Source: Candidatus Bathyarchaeota archaeon
GTDB taxonomy: Archaea; Thermoproteota; Bathyarchaeia; Bathyarchaeales; Bathycorpusculaceae
DNA: 64,000 nt
Assembly (NCBI GenBank): GCA_963768425.1
Contig: CAVYHV010000017.1
Coordinates: forward strand, 225,552 to 289,551
Reading direction: 5' to 3'
Numbering within the stretch: position 1 is the first letter of the stretch; the number at the start of each line of letters is the position of its first letter. Shown piece by piece: positions 1 to 9,198 of the stretch. The position numbers and the translations under genes were made by a program. Under the pieces are notes generated by a model, which was not told where the DNA came from, did no database searches, and saw only the letters and a list, made by a program, of their open reading frames with translations.

Positions 1-639
1 GCAGGCAAAACCCGACGCATCTACAAGCTCGTCGACGGTTGGTTCCGGAACTGCTTGCCAAATCAGATTAGTTGCGGTGTCTCGAAAAATGCCTGTTAGC
101 GCGCCTTTCTCAGTGTCTTTGTCGATAGTTCCGCCTACAGGAACATCCGTTTGCTCCGTAATACCAGCCAAAGTTATGGCTCTACTGTTTGAGGCGCAGA
201 TCATTGCGGATTCACGGTACAGGATGACGGGGTTCTCCGGTGCAGCTCGGTTTAGGTCTTGTAAATTTGGCAAGCGTTTTTCTTTGAATCGGGTTTCATT
301 CCAGCCGCGACCAATAATCCATTTTCCAGCATTTGTTTGTTTGGCTTTCTCTCCCAACAGGCGCTGCAGTTCACCTATTGAATCCGCCTGTGTCAGGTCG
401 AGCCAGAGCAGACATCGGCCAAAGTCCGCCACGTGAACGTGAGTGTCAATAAAGCCAGGAACAACCGCTTTCCCGTTGAGGTCTATGAGTTTGGTGTGTT
501 TATCAATCAGTTGCTTTACCTCTTTGTCGCTTCCTACCTTGGCTATGTGGTTCCCTCTTACTGCCACTGCTTGAGCAAGAGGTTGATGAGGGTTCATGGT
601 TCTGACTTTTGCATTGAGGAATACTAAATCTGCTGACAA
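1..639 (-). CDS. Amidohydrolase family 3 (YtcJ-like) metal-dependent hydrolase, 5' part; runs off the window
   Basis: Not in the ORF track. Manual translation from TTG at 639 gives LSADLVFLNAKVRTMNPHQPLAQAVAVRGNHIAKVGSD...IDLNGKAVVPGFIDTHVH...WIIGRGWNE, with the PGFID-x-HxH motif, open to position 1. Confidence 0.88.
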   Translation of the reverse strand, partial: MSADLVFLNAKVRTMNPHQPLAQAVAVRGNHIAKVGSDKEVKQLIDKHTKLIDLNGKAVVPGFIDTHVHVADFGRCLLWLDLTQADSIGELQRLLGEKAKQTNAGKWIIGRGWNETRFKEKRLPNLQDLNRAAPENPVILYRESAMICASNSRAITLAGITEQTDVPVGGTIDKDTEKGALTGIFRDTATNLIWQAVPEPTVDELVDASGFAC

Positions 640-889
640 ACTTCACATTACCTTTTAGTGTCTATGACTCTCGCTATTGTGCAATTGGCATAAAACCCTT
701 TTGCACCTGCCCTCATGCGGCGGTTTTTCTAAGCAGGCATACAAATGGAAGCTTCAACTTCTGCAAGCATCAAGGTCGCTTGGTTGAAATTTTCGAGTGA
801 AAACCACTTCCATCAATAGTATCACATTGTCTGTGGTTTTACTAAATATTGTAGGAAAAAAATAGTTTTCTAAGTAAGATTACAACTAT

Positions 890-1069
890 TCAAGTTGTGG
901 GTACTATTTTCAAGAATGAATGCTCACTGTAGCCGCAGTTTCTGCATTGCAATAATGACCAGAACGGAGGTATGCCCTGAGCCCAGAACACATCGGATGA
1001 ACCACATTTTGGACAGAACTTAACTGGAAATTTGCTCTTCTTATCTTGTCTCGTTGATTTATCCGTCAA
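890..1069 (-). CDS. Small CPxCG-type zinc-ribbon protein (59 aa)
   Basis: Manual translation: MTDKSTRQDKKSKFPVKFCPKCGSSDVFWAQGIPPFWSLLQCRNCGYS..., two CxxC knuckles; below the ORF-track size cutoff. Confidence 0.7.
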   Translation of the reverse strand: MTDKSTRQDKKSKFPVKFCPKCGSSDVFWAQGIPPFWSLLQCRNCGYSEHSFLKIVPTT

Positions 1070-1191
1070 AAAGCATCACGGTATCCAATTAATGTAAATA
1101 TCATCTTGTTTGTTAGTTTGAGTGTGTTAATAATTTTTTATTCCTGAAAATCTTTTTTAGCCATACAACTACTAATAATTGGTTTGAACTG

Positions 1192-1956
1192 ATGAAAATA
1201 GTTGAGCTCAATGAGGATCTGGAGAAGAACTTTGGGAAATACACGCACAGGGATCCTCTTGACTGTTATTTTTTCATTCATGATTACAATCAACATAAAG
1301 CACTAAGTGAGTTCCACTTAGTCATAAACGAAAGAGAAGAAATTCTGGGTATATCCCTGAACTATATGAGCCACGTTATGCAACTGAGAGGAACAGAAGC
1401 AGCTATTCGTCTAATGCTGGAGGAACTTAACATCGGGAACGCCTTCCTTCAAATACCCGTAGAGTACGAAAAAGTTGCTCTGTGCAAACATCCTTCATTC
1501 AGCTCCAAAGTGACTATAACACTAATGTCCATCAAGAAAGGACAAGAAAACATAAAAATATCAACAACACCTGAAAAACTATCTGTTGAAGACTCAACGG
1601 AAATATTTAACCTACTAAACCAGACAAATCTTGCGTCATGGCATAGGGCTGCTGAAGAGGTAAGGTCACGTTTCGAAGACTCCTTATGGGTTGGTGTAAG
1701 AGAAAGCGGGAAACTCGTTTCGGCTGGTGCAGTTAGGTTGAACGATTACGGAAGTTTAATCGGTCCCATTGTCACACTTGAATCATATAGAAACCGAGGT
1801 TATGCAACATCTGTTGTTTCAGACTTGGTCAGAGAAGCATTGAAAATATCATCAACACCCGCTATATCGGTCAAGAGCGACAACTTACCAGCTATCCGCA
1901 TTTATTCATCAGTTGGTTTTGAACCTTACAAATCATATCTTTTCCTAGGCGCATAA
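1192..1956 (+). CDS. GNAT family N-acetyltransferase (FR47-like C-terminal domain)
   Basis: Motif A (VTLESYRNRGYA) and NLPAIRIYSSVGF. Confidence 0.85.
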   Translation: MKIVELNEDLEKNFGKYTHRDPLDCYFFIHDYNQHKALSEFHLVINEREEILGISLNYMSHVMQLRGTEAAIRLMLEELNIGNAFLQIPVEYEKVALCKHPSFSSKVTITLMSIKKGQENIKISTTPEKLSVEDSTEIFNLLNQTNLASWHRAAEEVRSRFEDSLWVGVRESGKLVSAGAVRLNDYGSLIGPIVTLESYRNRGYATSVVSDLVREALKISSTPAISVKSDNLPAIRIYSSVGFEPYKSYLFLGA

Positions 1957-2264
1957 CCATCTTTTCACATGTTCTCTTCCGTATTCTCTCCGGAAAAGCT
2001 ATGGCTCTGTTTTCCTGCACGGACAGTAAAAGCTGTGGTTTGATTGTTTGTGTTTGTAAACTGTTTTGTCGCCAACTGCACTAACAACCCAAACAAGGTA
2101 CCCGCAATTCTTACATTTCATAGTTAGTATTCATCCTTAGAATTTGTTATAAGTCCAATGGGAAAAACCAAGTTGCTCCGAGTGAGATAGATATCAACGA
2201 CGAGGGAAGACGTCCCCACGACATAACGAAAAGCTTTTAATAAGTCGTAAGACACAATAAATAT

Positions 2265-2534
2265 GTGTATGTGAAGAGACGTAGCAGGCTTGAAATTTAC
2301 TTAGAAATTTTGGGTATTTTAAATCAAACAAGCCCAATAAAGCTAACGCACATCATGTGTAAAGTTAGTATTAATTGCGGCATCCTAAAAGAATACATAA
2401 ACTCCATGTTAAAACAAGGCTTAATTGAAGAGCGTACCGCTGGTAAGCGGCAATTTTATGCGATTACACAAAAAGGCATTGAAGTTCTTGAGAATTTCCA
2501 AGAGCTTAAACAAATTCTACCAATCATTCAATAA
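2265..2534 (+). CDS. Archaeal winged-helix transcriptional regulator (HTH_45-like)
   Basis: KRRSRLEIYLEIL...THIM...YAITQKG pattern. Confidence 0.85.
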   Translation: MYVKRRSRLEIYLEILGILNQTSPIKLTHIMCKVSINCGILKEYINSMLKQGLIEERTAGKRQFYAITQKGIEVLENFQELKQILPIIQ

Positions 2535-2596
2535 ACTCAGCAATCCACAATCTTATATAACTTGGTTCGTGTTTCTTCCGTCAAGGTCTAATCAGC

Positions 2597-3007
2597 TTGG
2601 ACATGAGGCTACAAGTTTTCGAGTATTATACGAATGACGATAATGGGCGAAAAAGTTTTCGCCTCGCTGTTGTTAACTCTATTAAGTCTAAGAGTTATCC
2701 TCAGAATTTCGTTTGTATGCTCCCTTCACAGTTCGGGAAAGGAAAAGTAGATAGTGCTTTCCTTAAATTATTCAAAGAAAAAAGTTTGGAACAAGCTAAA
2801 GCTTTGTTGAAAACTGCTTTGGAGCGGGAGGATGATCCTGAAGTCAAAGCTGAAATTGAGAGAAGACTCAAACTGCTTGAGCCTAAGGGAGTTAACCAGA
2901 TAAAGTGTAGCAGGTGCGGGAAACTTTTTCAATCCAGAGGAGTAAGAAAGTTCAAGAAGAGTTTTTGTGAAGAATGCATGAAGAAAAGGTTTGGAAGCCA
3001 AGAATAG
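2597..3007 (+). CDS. Hypothetical protein with C-terminal zinc ribbon
   Basis: CSRCGK...FCEEC; 136-aa open frame. Confidence 0.7.
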   Translation: MDMRLQVFEYYTNDDNGRKSFRLAVVNSIKSKSYPQNFVCMLPSQFGKGKVDSAFLKLFKEKSLEQAKALLKTALEREDDPEVKAEIERRLKLLEPKGVNQIKCSRCGKLFQSRGVRKFKKSFCEECMKKRFGSQE

Positions 3008-3011
3008 AGTT

Positions 3012-3221
3012 CTAAGCCTCGGAAATAACCATATAGTCTTTGTTTTTTTCCACTGAGAATTTGTTGTTAAGAAATAGCTTCACTGCTTGAAGGTCATAAT
3101 CGCCTTTAATCTTCAGCTGGTAGATATCTGGTAAGCTATGTTCAATACTGACAACAACAGGGCTAACAAGCTGATGAGCACCTAACTCTCTTAGAAGAGC
3201 AACCGACTGTTCTCTATTCAC
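3012..3221 (-). CDS. Small hypothetical protein
   Basis: 69-aa ORF with protein-like composition, convergent with the previous gene; purine-rich GGGGAAG upstream. Confidence 0.55.
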   Translation of the reverse strand: MNREQSVALLRELGAHQLVSPVVVSIEHSLPDIYQLKIKGDYDLQAVKLFLNNKFSVEKNKDYMVISEA

Positions 3222-3847
3222 TTGCTTCCCCTAACTCGCTTAATGGACGTACAAAGCTAATAACACTTTGCTGAAGAATTGTGTATATAAACTCGAAGTT
3301 TTTATTCAAATTTGCGCTGTAAAACGCCTGACCTCAAACCAAAAAATCTATGCTGGAACGGCTTTATCGCCCCTATTTACTTATTCCATCCCTCTAGTTT
3401 CCAGCAACTAACTCGGAGTTTCCAGAAGAATCCATGAGACGAAGCCCAGAACCAAAACAAAATCACCAAATCATTTCACAACAAACACCTAACTTGATTT
3501 GTAAATCCAAAAACGTAAACAGTTAAAGCAGATCCAAAATGGGTTATAGCACAGAAAAACAGTTCAAGATTAAAGAAAGGATTCTGCTTTAACTTCATCT
3601 TGGGTAATGTACGACTTTCTTAGAAAGAAAACAAGTTGCTGTACAAGAAAGGGTTTTGAATGGACAAAGAAAAAAACGCCCTGAATCATCCATTGGGAAC
3701 TTAGCCCGTTACAGGATTATTCAACTTTTCTATGCGAGAGGTTGATGGAACTTGAACTGGTTAATTGTTTCTTTCTATTGGGATATTTACCCGTAACTCG
3801 CAAATCTTAAATATATGTAAATACTTTAGTGTTTACTCGACCCTGAA

Positions 3848-4330
3848 ATGTCACCAACCTGCACTCTAACCTCTCCACTTAGCCAAAAACAAAAAACCGT
3901 CTGGTCACTGATAAGCAGAGGCTCATCTATCGCTGCCATCGCAGACAAGCTAAACACCACCAGACAATTTGTAAACCAAACTAAACTAGTCGCAGAAGCC
4001 AAACTATCCACAACCCTCCTAAACGTAGCCCAAGCCAACGACCTCCAAATCACAAAACTATACCCAAAAGAAGGCATACTGCTAGGCTATCATCCATCTC
4101 TAAAACGCAAAGCCATTGTAACCTACAGCACTAACCACGGCTTAAAAGTGTGGTACTGGCACGACAACCCCGAAGAAGTAACCAACCAACAATTCCTAAA
4201 ACAAACCCAAACCTACCTGCTTGACCTCGCCAAAGAAAAGGGCATAGAAATCCCCAACGCAGCAACAATTCACCCAGCAAGGCTGGCGCACTTCGTTTTT
4301 TGTAAACTTGCACCGGAGATAGAAACATGA
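3848..4330 (+). CDS. Hypothetical protein with N-terminal HTH-like segment
   Basis: LSQKQKTVWSLISRGSSIAAIADKLNTTRQFV resembles an HTH; overlaps the next gene by ATGA. Confidence 0.7.
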   Translation: MSPTCTLTSPLSQKQKTVWSLISRGSSIAAIADKLNTTRQFVNQTKLVAEAKLSTTLLNVAQANDLQITKLYPKEGILLGYHPSLKRKAIVTYSTNHGLKVWYWHDNPEEVTNQQFLKQTQTYLLDLAKEKGIEIPNAATIHPARLAHFVFCKLAPEIET

Positions 4331-5148
4331 ACCCACTATACTACTTGAGAGAGCGTATTCGAGGCTGGCTTCCCCAAGAGCCTCAACAACCCGAAAAAAG
4401 AGTCAATATAAATCTTGTAAACCCTACTCCAAAAGCGCCAATGGTCTTCCGTGTTAGCGGTCTGCTGTTATCCGCAGTTGGAGTCTTCCTACTAGCTATG
4501 GTTGGTTTTAACGCCTTAGTATTCGTTTCGGGCTACAACCTCAGTAACATTGTGAATTTGCTTCCAATATCGTTCGTTGCAAGCATTGCTTTGATGGTGG
4601 CTGGTATGACATTGAGTGCCCATTCAGAACAATTTAATGGCAGATTTCTGAGAAGACCTTGCCTGACTGCCGGATTAATATTGCTAACTATTAGCATTTC
4701 CGCCATCCTCTCTGAATATTTATTGTCAACGCGAATGGGACCATATCAATATGGTTTACTCGTTGAGCCTTACGCAACATTTTTTTGGTTTTTGGCTTTT
4801 GCAGGGGGGCTCATACTGTTTCTAGGTCTTTCGAAATGGTCAGCATTACCCAGCTTAGCTAAAAAGTCATTTTGTGTCTTGGCTTTCGGCGCAGCCACCA
4901 GCCTAACGTTAGCTCTTATTCTCCAGTTTAAACCTACTCCTCCAGCTGTTCCTCTGTCTTTAATTTCTGTGTGGAGTAGTCCCTATCTGCTGTTTAGCTC
5001 TATTCTGAGCCCTGTTGGACTTATATGCTTAGTTTTGGGGTGGGCTGGTCTGTTTTCAATTAGCATGAAAAAGCGACCGTTCTTGCTTCCAAGCCTATTC
5101 ACCTTAATGTTAGCTATTGGAATATTCTTGTCAGTAGTTCTTATTTAG
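4327..5148 (+). CDS. Multi-pass membrane protein of unknown function
   Basis: About 7 hydrophobic segments; N-terminal RIRGWLPQEP; translationally coupled to 3848..4330. Confidence 0.7.
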   Translation: MNPLYYLRERIRGWLPQEPQQPEKRVNINLVNPTPKAPMVFRVSGLLLSAVGVFLLAMVGFNALVFVSGYNLSNIVNLLPISFVASIALMVAGMTLSAHSEQFNGRFLRRPCLTAGLILLTISISAILSEYLLSTRMGPYQYGLLVEPYATFFWFLAFAGGLILFLGLSKWSALPSLAKKSFCVLAFGAATSLTLALILQFKPTPPAVPLSLISVWSSPYLLFSSILSPVGLICLVLGWAGLFSISMKKRPFLLPSLFTLMLAIGIFLSVVLI

Positions 5149-5379
5149 ACTTTGAGCTTTCTTCGAATTCGAAATAACTAGACAGAGATTGAAAACTAAG
5201 CCGACGAGTAAGCATCTAAAAACAGATAACACGAATAAGTAGACCTTTTCTGCGGCTACGAGTACCCACACTTGTGATTAAAAGTTGTCTGAGCGGAAAC
5301 AATAGGCAAAAGCACATAAGAAAAAGTTAAATCTGCATTGATATAAAGAGCATAAATAAGGAAATATAGGAACCAATTA

Positions 5380-5796
5380 ATGCCGAAGAAAAAAATCATA
5401 GCGGTTGTTTTAGTAGTGGCAATCGTCGTCATAGCCATTGTTGGATATGAATTTTTTATAGTTAATTCCCTTTCTGGTTATACCAAAGTCTCTCTTACAT
5501 ATGCTCAGACCTATTCTATAAAATTTGGAAGCACTGTTTATTATATAACGTATAATGATGTTCAAAATGGATTTGTCTCATCAATGCCTGTTTTTCAAGT
5601 AACGGCGCAGACGCTCATTAATAACTCAAGCCAAAGTTTCGGAGCAAATCAAGGAGAGAGACCCAGTTTCTCAGGGCTTCAAATGGTGGTGGGCAATGTA
5701 AATTCTAACCAAATGATTCTATATGTCAAGTCTACAATCTCAAGCTCTAAGCCAATAATTTCTACGCCAAACTTACCAACAGATTGGTGGAAATGA
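5380..5796 (+). CDS. Membrane-anchored/secreted hypothetical protein
   Basis: KKK followed by a hydrophobic N-terminal anchor and a beta-rich soluble part. Confidence 0.65.
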   Translation: MPKKKIIAVVLVVAIVVIAIVGYEFFIVNSLSGYTKVSLTYAQTYSIKFGSTVYYITYNDVQNGFVSSMPVFQVTAQTLINNSSQSFGANQGERPSFSGLQMVVGNVNSNQMILYVKSTISSSKPIISTPNLPTDWWK

Positions 5797-5883
5797 TAGT
5801 TGTCATGTTAGGCATCGAAAAACCATCAACTTGAGGTACCCAGTACCGCTCTTAAAGGTACCTGTGTACCTAAGCTTTACTTC

Positions 5884-5932
5884 AGAAACTTTGACTAAAA
5901 TCAGTCAAGAATCCTTTACGAACAGCCTTTTA
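5884..5932 (+). promoter_or_regulatory. Upstream element copy 1: TTGACT-N6-AGTCAA palindrome followed by a BRE/TATA-like stretch
   Basis: agaaacTTTGACTaaaatcAGTCAAgaatcctttacgaacagcctttta; near-identical to 6707-6755. Confidence 0.6.
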
Positions 5933-5959
5933 TCTTTTTGAGTACGCTTAGAGTTACTA

Positions 5960-6166
5960 TTGAATAGAAGGGACAAACGTTTTGCCTTAATTAGTTTAGC
6001 GTTAGCAATCATAGCAGTTGTTGTAGTTGCTATTTTTGTTCCCCCAAATACTGAAATGTCAGCATCTAACCATTTTGCGTCTCAGATTAACACAGAATTG
6101 TCATCATCCAATGTCGGGGATTTGGCTGGAAGTAACGTTATTTACTTTTACTACAATAGTGCTTGA
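5960..6166 (+). CDS. Short membrane-anchored ORF, possibly a truncated gene
   Basis: Signal/TM N-terminus and an early stop at 68 aa; preceded by the shared upstream element. Confidence 0.4.
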   Translation: MNRRDKRFALISLALAIIAVVVVAIFVPPNTEMSASNHFASQINTELSSSNVGDLAGSNVIYFYYNSA

Positions 6167-6423
6167 TATGAGCATACATAGCAAAAGTAGATTTGGCATT
6201 TAGAACAGTGTTTACCAGCTCCACCTACACTCTTACCGCAACTGTCACAAGGTCTTGATAAATCAACCATAGAATACGGTAAGTTCTCAAACGGTTTTTA
6301 AAGCAAGTGATGAAACTACTTTGTAGCACAGTAGAGACCATTTTGAAAGTGATTATTCAAACAACAAACGAAATTTTTTGGGGATAATAAGTCTTAAATC
6401 TGCACAGGTGGAAGCAATAATTT

Positions 6424-6645
6424 ATGAATAAAATAAACATGAAAACACGTTTGTATCTGACACTTATCGGTGTAAATCTAAACTTTTTGGCATTATTTTT
6501 CTTCATAATAGGCTTGCTGAAACTTTATGGAGAAAGCTCTGATTCACTAATAGCGGAAATTTTCACCGTACTTATTGGCAGTCTCATGATTTTTGTTGGG
6601 TTAAAAAGCTTTAATCGAAATAACCCCAAAAAGACTGTTAGGTAG
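6424..6645 (+). CDS. Small two-TM membrane protein
   Basis: Two hydrophobic helices and a basic tail. Confidence 0.55.
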   Translation: MNKINMKTRLYLTLIGVNLNFLALFFFIIGLLKLYGESSDSLIAEIFTVLIGSLMIFVGLKSFNRNNPKKTVR

Positions 6646-6706
6646 GCTATTTGACGGTAAAAAATCTTAAATCTGTAAAGCGTAGAAATAGCCTAATTCT
6701 TAGGCA

Positions 6707-6755
6707 AGAAACATTGACTTGAGCCAGTCAAAAATCTTTTACGGGAAGCCTTTTA
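6707..6755 (+). promoter_or_regulatory. Upstream element copy 2: TTGACT-N6-AGTCAA palindrome followed by a BRE/TATA-like stretch
   Basis: agaaacATTGACTtgagccAGTCAAaaatcttttacgggaagcctttta, ending about 25 nt before the ATG at 6781. Confidence 0.6.
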
Positions 6756-6780
6756 ACGTAAACAGGTTCCAAGAGTAAGT

Positions 6781-7704
6781 ATGGGAAGCACAAGCAAGAG
6801 TTTGGCTTTAATTCTGATTATAATCATATTTGTATCAAGCCCTAGTCTTATTGCGATTAAACCTGTCTGTGCTCAGTCAAACTCTACGCCATCTGTTCCA
6901 GAATTCACTGTGAATTACGTGGATGACTCATATTATTCATCGCCGACCTACACTCCAAACCCTTTTACAGGCAATACACCATCTGGCGACGTTAATTTTT
7001 ATGAAAACAAATCTCTAGTACTAACAATCCAAAATCAAGCATTTGAGAGCTCTAATTCTTTTATAAGTTTACATTATAGTGTTCAGTGGAAAGGTCACTT
7101 TGAGACGACATGGAATCTTTTCAATGTTGATATTAACCCTGATGCATTGTCTGACGTTACCGTTTTTCCTATAGGTTTTAGCGGAGACAACGGTACTTTT
7201 GGTTCTCCAGCCACAGTGCCTGATGTTCCCAATGGTGGAAAAATAGATTTTCAAGTGGAAGCAGCAATAGGATCTTGGTATACAGTTCCCTATTATCCCC
7301 ATGGATATGATAGCAATGGTAATCCTATAGGAATGCCTTTTGGAACGACTCCGGTTTTTAATGGGACAACAAGCGGTTGGAGCAACATAGCAACTATAAG
7401 CATACCAGATGGTTCAGTAACTTCATACCCAAATACAGGAACTCCACCAATATCTACTCAAGAAACTCCCATTCCAAACCCCACTCCCACACCTACAGTG
7501 TCGCCTTCAACTACTAGTGCAACTTCTGAATCTAGCCCTGCCGTCCCAGAGTTTCCTACTTGGATAATTCTGGCACTTTTTGCAGCAGTACTGCTATCAA
7601 CTGTATTTGCCAGAAAGAGAATAACCAAAACATCGTCCTTCAAACAGAAACACTGGTTGAGCCTGTTTTGCATAACACATAATAGTTTGCAGAGCCGATT
7701 TTAG
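6781..7704 (+). CDS. Secreted surface protein with Pro/Thr linker and PEF-CTERM-like sorting signal
   Basis: Signal peptide, PTPTP linker, VPEF + TM helix + RKR near the C-terminus. Confidence 0.75.
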   Translation: MGSTSKSLALILIIIIFVSSPSLIAIKPVCAQSNSTPSVPEFTVNYVDDSYYSSPTYTPNPFTGNTPSGDVNFYENKSLVLTIQNQAFESSNSFISLHYSVQWKGHFETTWNLFNVDINPDALSDVTVFPIGFSGDNGTFGSPATVPDVPNGGKIDFQVEAAIGSWYTVPYYPHGYDSNGNPIGMPFGTTPVFNGTTSGWSNIATISIPDGSVTSYPNTGTPPISTQETPIPNPTPTPTVSPSTTSATSESSPAVPEFPTWIILALFAAVLLSTVFARKRITKTSSFKQKHWLSLFCITHNSLQSRF

Positions 7705-7725
7705 CATCAAAGTCGGGGAAACAGC

Positions 7726-9192
7726 GTGAAAGCTCACGTAGTACTTGCTAATCCACCTTATCCTGAAGATGTGCCGCAAGCCGTCTTCATTCCGCTAGGC
7801 ATCAGCTACCTTGTCGCTGTCCTCGAGCAGAACGGGTACGAAGTAGACGTCGTTGATTGCCAAGTAGCTAAACTCAGCCAAAAGGACCTGGAATACAAGT
7901 TCCGAAGCCTCAAACCCGACATAGTCGGGGCAACAGCCGCAACCGTAACTTACTATCCAGCGTTGCAGGTCCTCAAAGCAGCCAAAGCCGCCGTGCCCAA
8001 CTGCTTAACCCTCATCGGTGGCCCCCACGTTACCGTTCTGGACGAGCGCACCTTCACCGACAGCCCAGACGTAGACATCGTCGTGCGGGGCGAAGGAGAA
8101 CAAACCATGCTCGATCTCGCACGCTTAGCATCAGAGGGCAACCTGAAAAGTCTTGGCGAAGTTTTAGGCATCACATTCAAGAGAAACGGACAAGTCATCC
8201 GCACAGCCGACCGACCCTTCCTTGAAGACATCGATACGCTTCCTTACCCGGCGCACAAGCACTTTGACGTAACCAGATACAGAATCAACGGCAAGCTCTA
8301 CATGCCCATAATAACCAGCCGCGGATGCCCGTTTAACTGTGCTTTCTGCTTAGCATCAAAGATGTGTGGAAAAGGCTTCAGGGCACGAAAACCCAAAAAA
8401 GTGGTGGATGAACTCGAGTGGCTCAGAGATACTTTTGGGGCAGGAGCCTTCGCCTTCTATGATGATACATTCACTTCTGACGTTCCGCGGGCAATCGCTA
8501 TCTGCGACGAAATGAAAGCAAGAGGGTTCGACATGCCGTGGGACTGCCGAACAAGAGTTGATAAAGTCTCTAAACCTCTGCTGGACAAGCTTCAGAGCAC
8601 AAACTGCCAGCTCATCCATTTCGGGGTCGAATCAGGCAACCAACAACTGCTCAACACTATGCGGAAGGGCACAACAGTTGAGCAAAACGCAAATGCAATT
8701 AAACTGGCGAAGGAAGCAGACATTTTGGTCGCGATATCGCTTGTGATTGGATACCCAGGCGAAACCCCGGAGATGCTTAAGCAAACCGTGGATTTCATCC
8801 GCAAAACTAAGCCTGACTATGTCTACATGTGTGAGGCCGTTCCCTATCCAGGCACCCAGCTTTATGATTACGTGAAGGAGTTGGGATTGGAGTTTTCAGA
8901 GAACTGGAATCTTTACCATGAACAGATGCAGGTTTTCAAGAACACGTTGCTGCCGCTGGAGAAGCTAGAGCAGACCAAAAAGCGGGTTTACGACGGCGTC
9001 TTCACGCCAACATATTATTTGCGGATGAGGCGAAGAGGAGACTTCCACAGCCAAATCATGGCTCGCATGGCCCTAAACCATCTCGTTTGGAAGTACAAGG
9101 CTACAAGATGGGGATTTAGGCAACTGGGCAAGGTCAGACACGTCAAACAGAGTCCAGGCGGGCACAGTACCCCAAGCAAAGATCAAGAATAA
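7726..9192 (+). CDS. Cobalamin-binding (class B) radical SAM enzyme
   Basis: PLGISYL...GGPH B12-binding domain; SRGCPFNCAFC; GVESG. Confidence 0.92.
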   Translation: MKAHVVLANPPYPEDVPQAVFIPLGISYLVAVLEQNGYEVDVVDCQVAKLSQKDLEYKFRSLKPDIVGATAATVTYYPALQVLKAAKAAVPNCLTLIGGPHVTVLDERTFTDSPDVDIVVRGEGEQTMLDLARLASEGNLKSLGEVLGITFKRNGQVIRTADRPFLEDIDTLPYPAHKHFDVTRYRINGKLYMPIITSRGCPFNCAFCLASKMCGKGFRARKPKKVVDELEWLRDTFGAGAFAFYDDTFTSDVPRAIAICDEMKARGFDMPWDCRTRVDKVSKPLLDKLQSTNCQLIHFGVESGNQQLLNTMRKGTTVEQNANAIKLAKEADILVAISLVIGYPGETPEMLKQTVDFIRKTKPDYVYMCEAVPYPGTQLYDYVKELGLEFSENWNLYHEQMQVFKNTLLPLEKLEQTKKRVYDGVFTPTYYLRMRRRGDFHSQIMARMALNHLVWKYKATRWGFRQLGKVRHVKQSPGGHSTPSKDQE

Positions 9193-9198
9193 AAAAGC

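Noticed and set aside
77-627. + strand ORFs 77..436 and 433..627
   Set aside because: Antisense shadows of the minus-strand amidohydrolase gene.
3848-7704. Canonical integron
   Set aside because: No integrase and no repeated canonical attC (RYYYAAC...GTTRRRY) sites; kept only as a motif observation.
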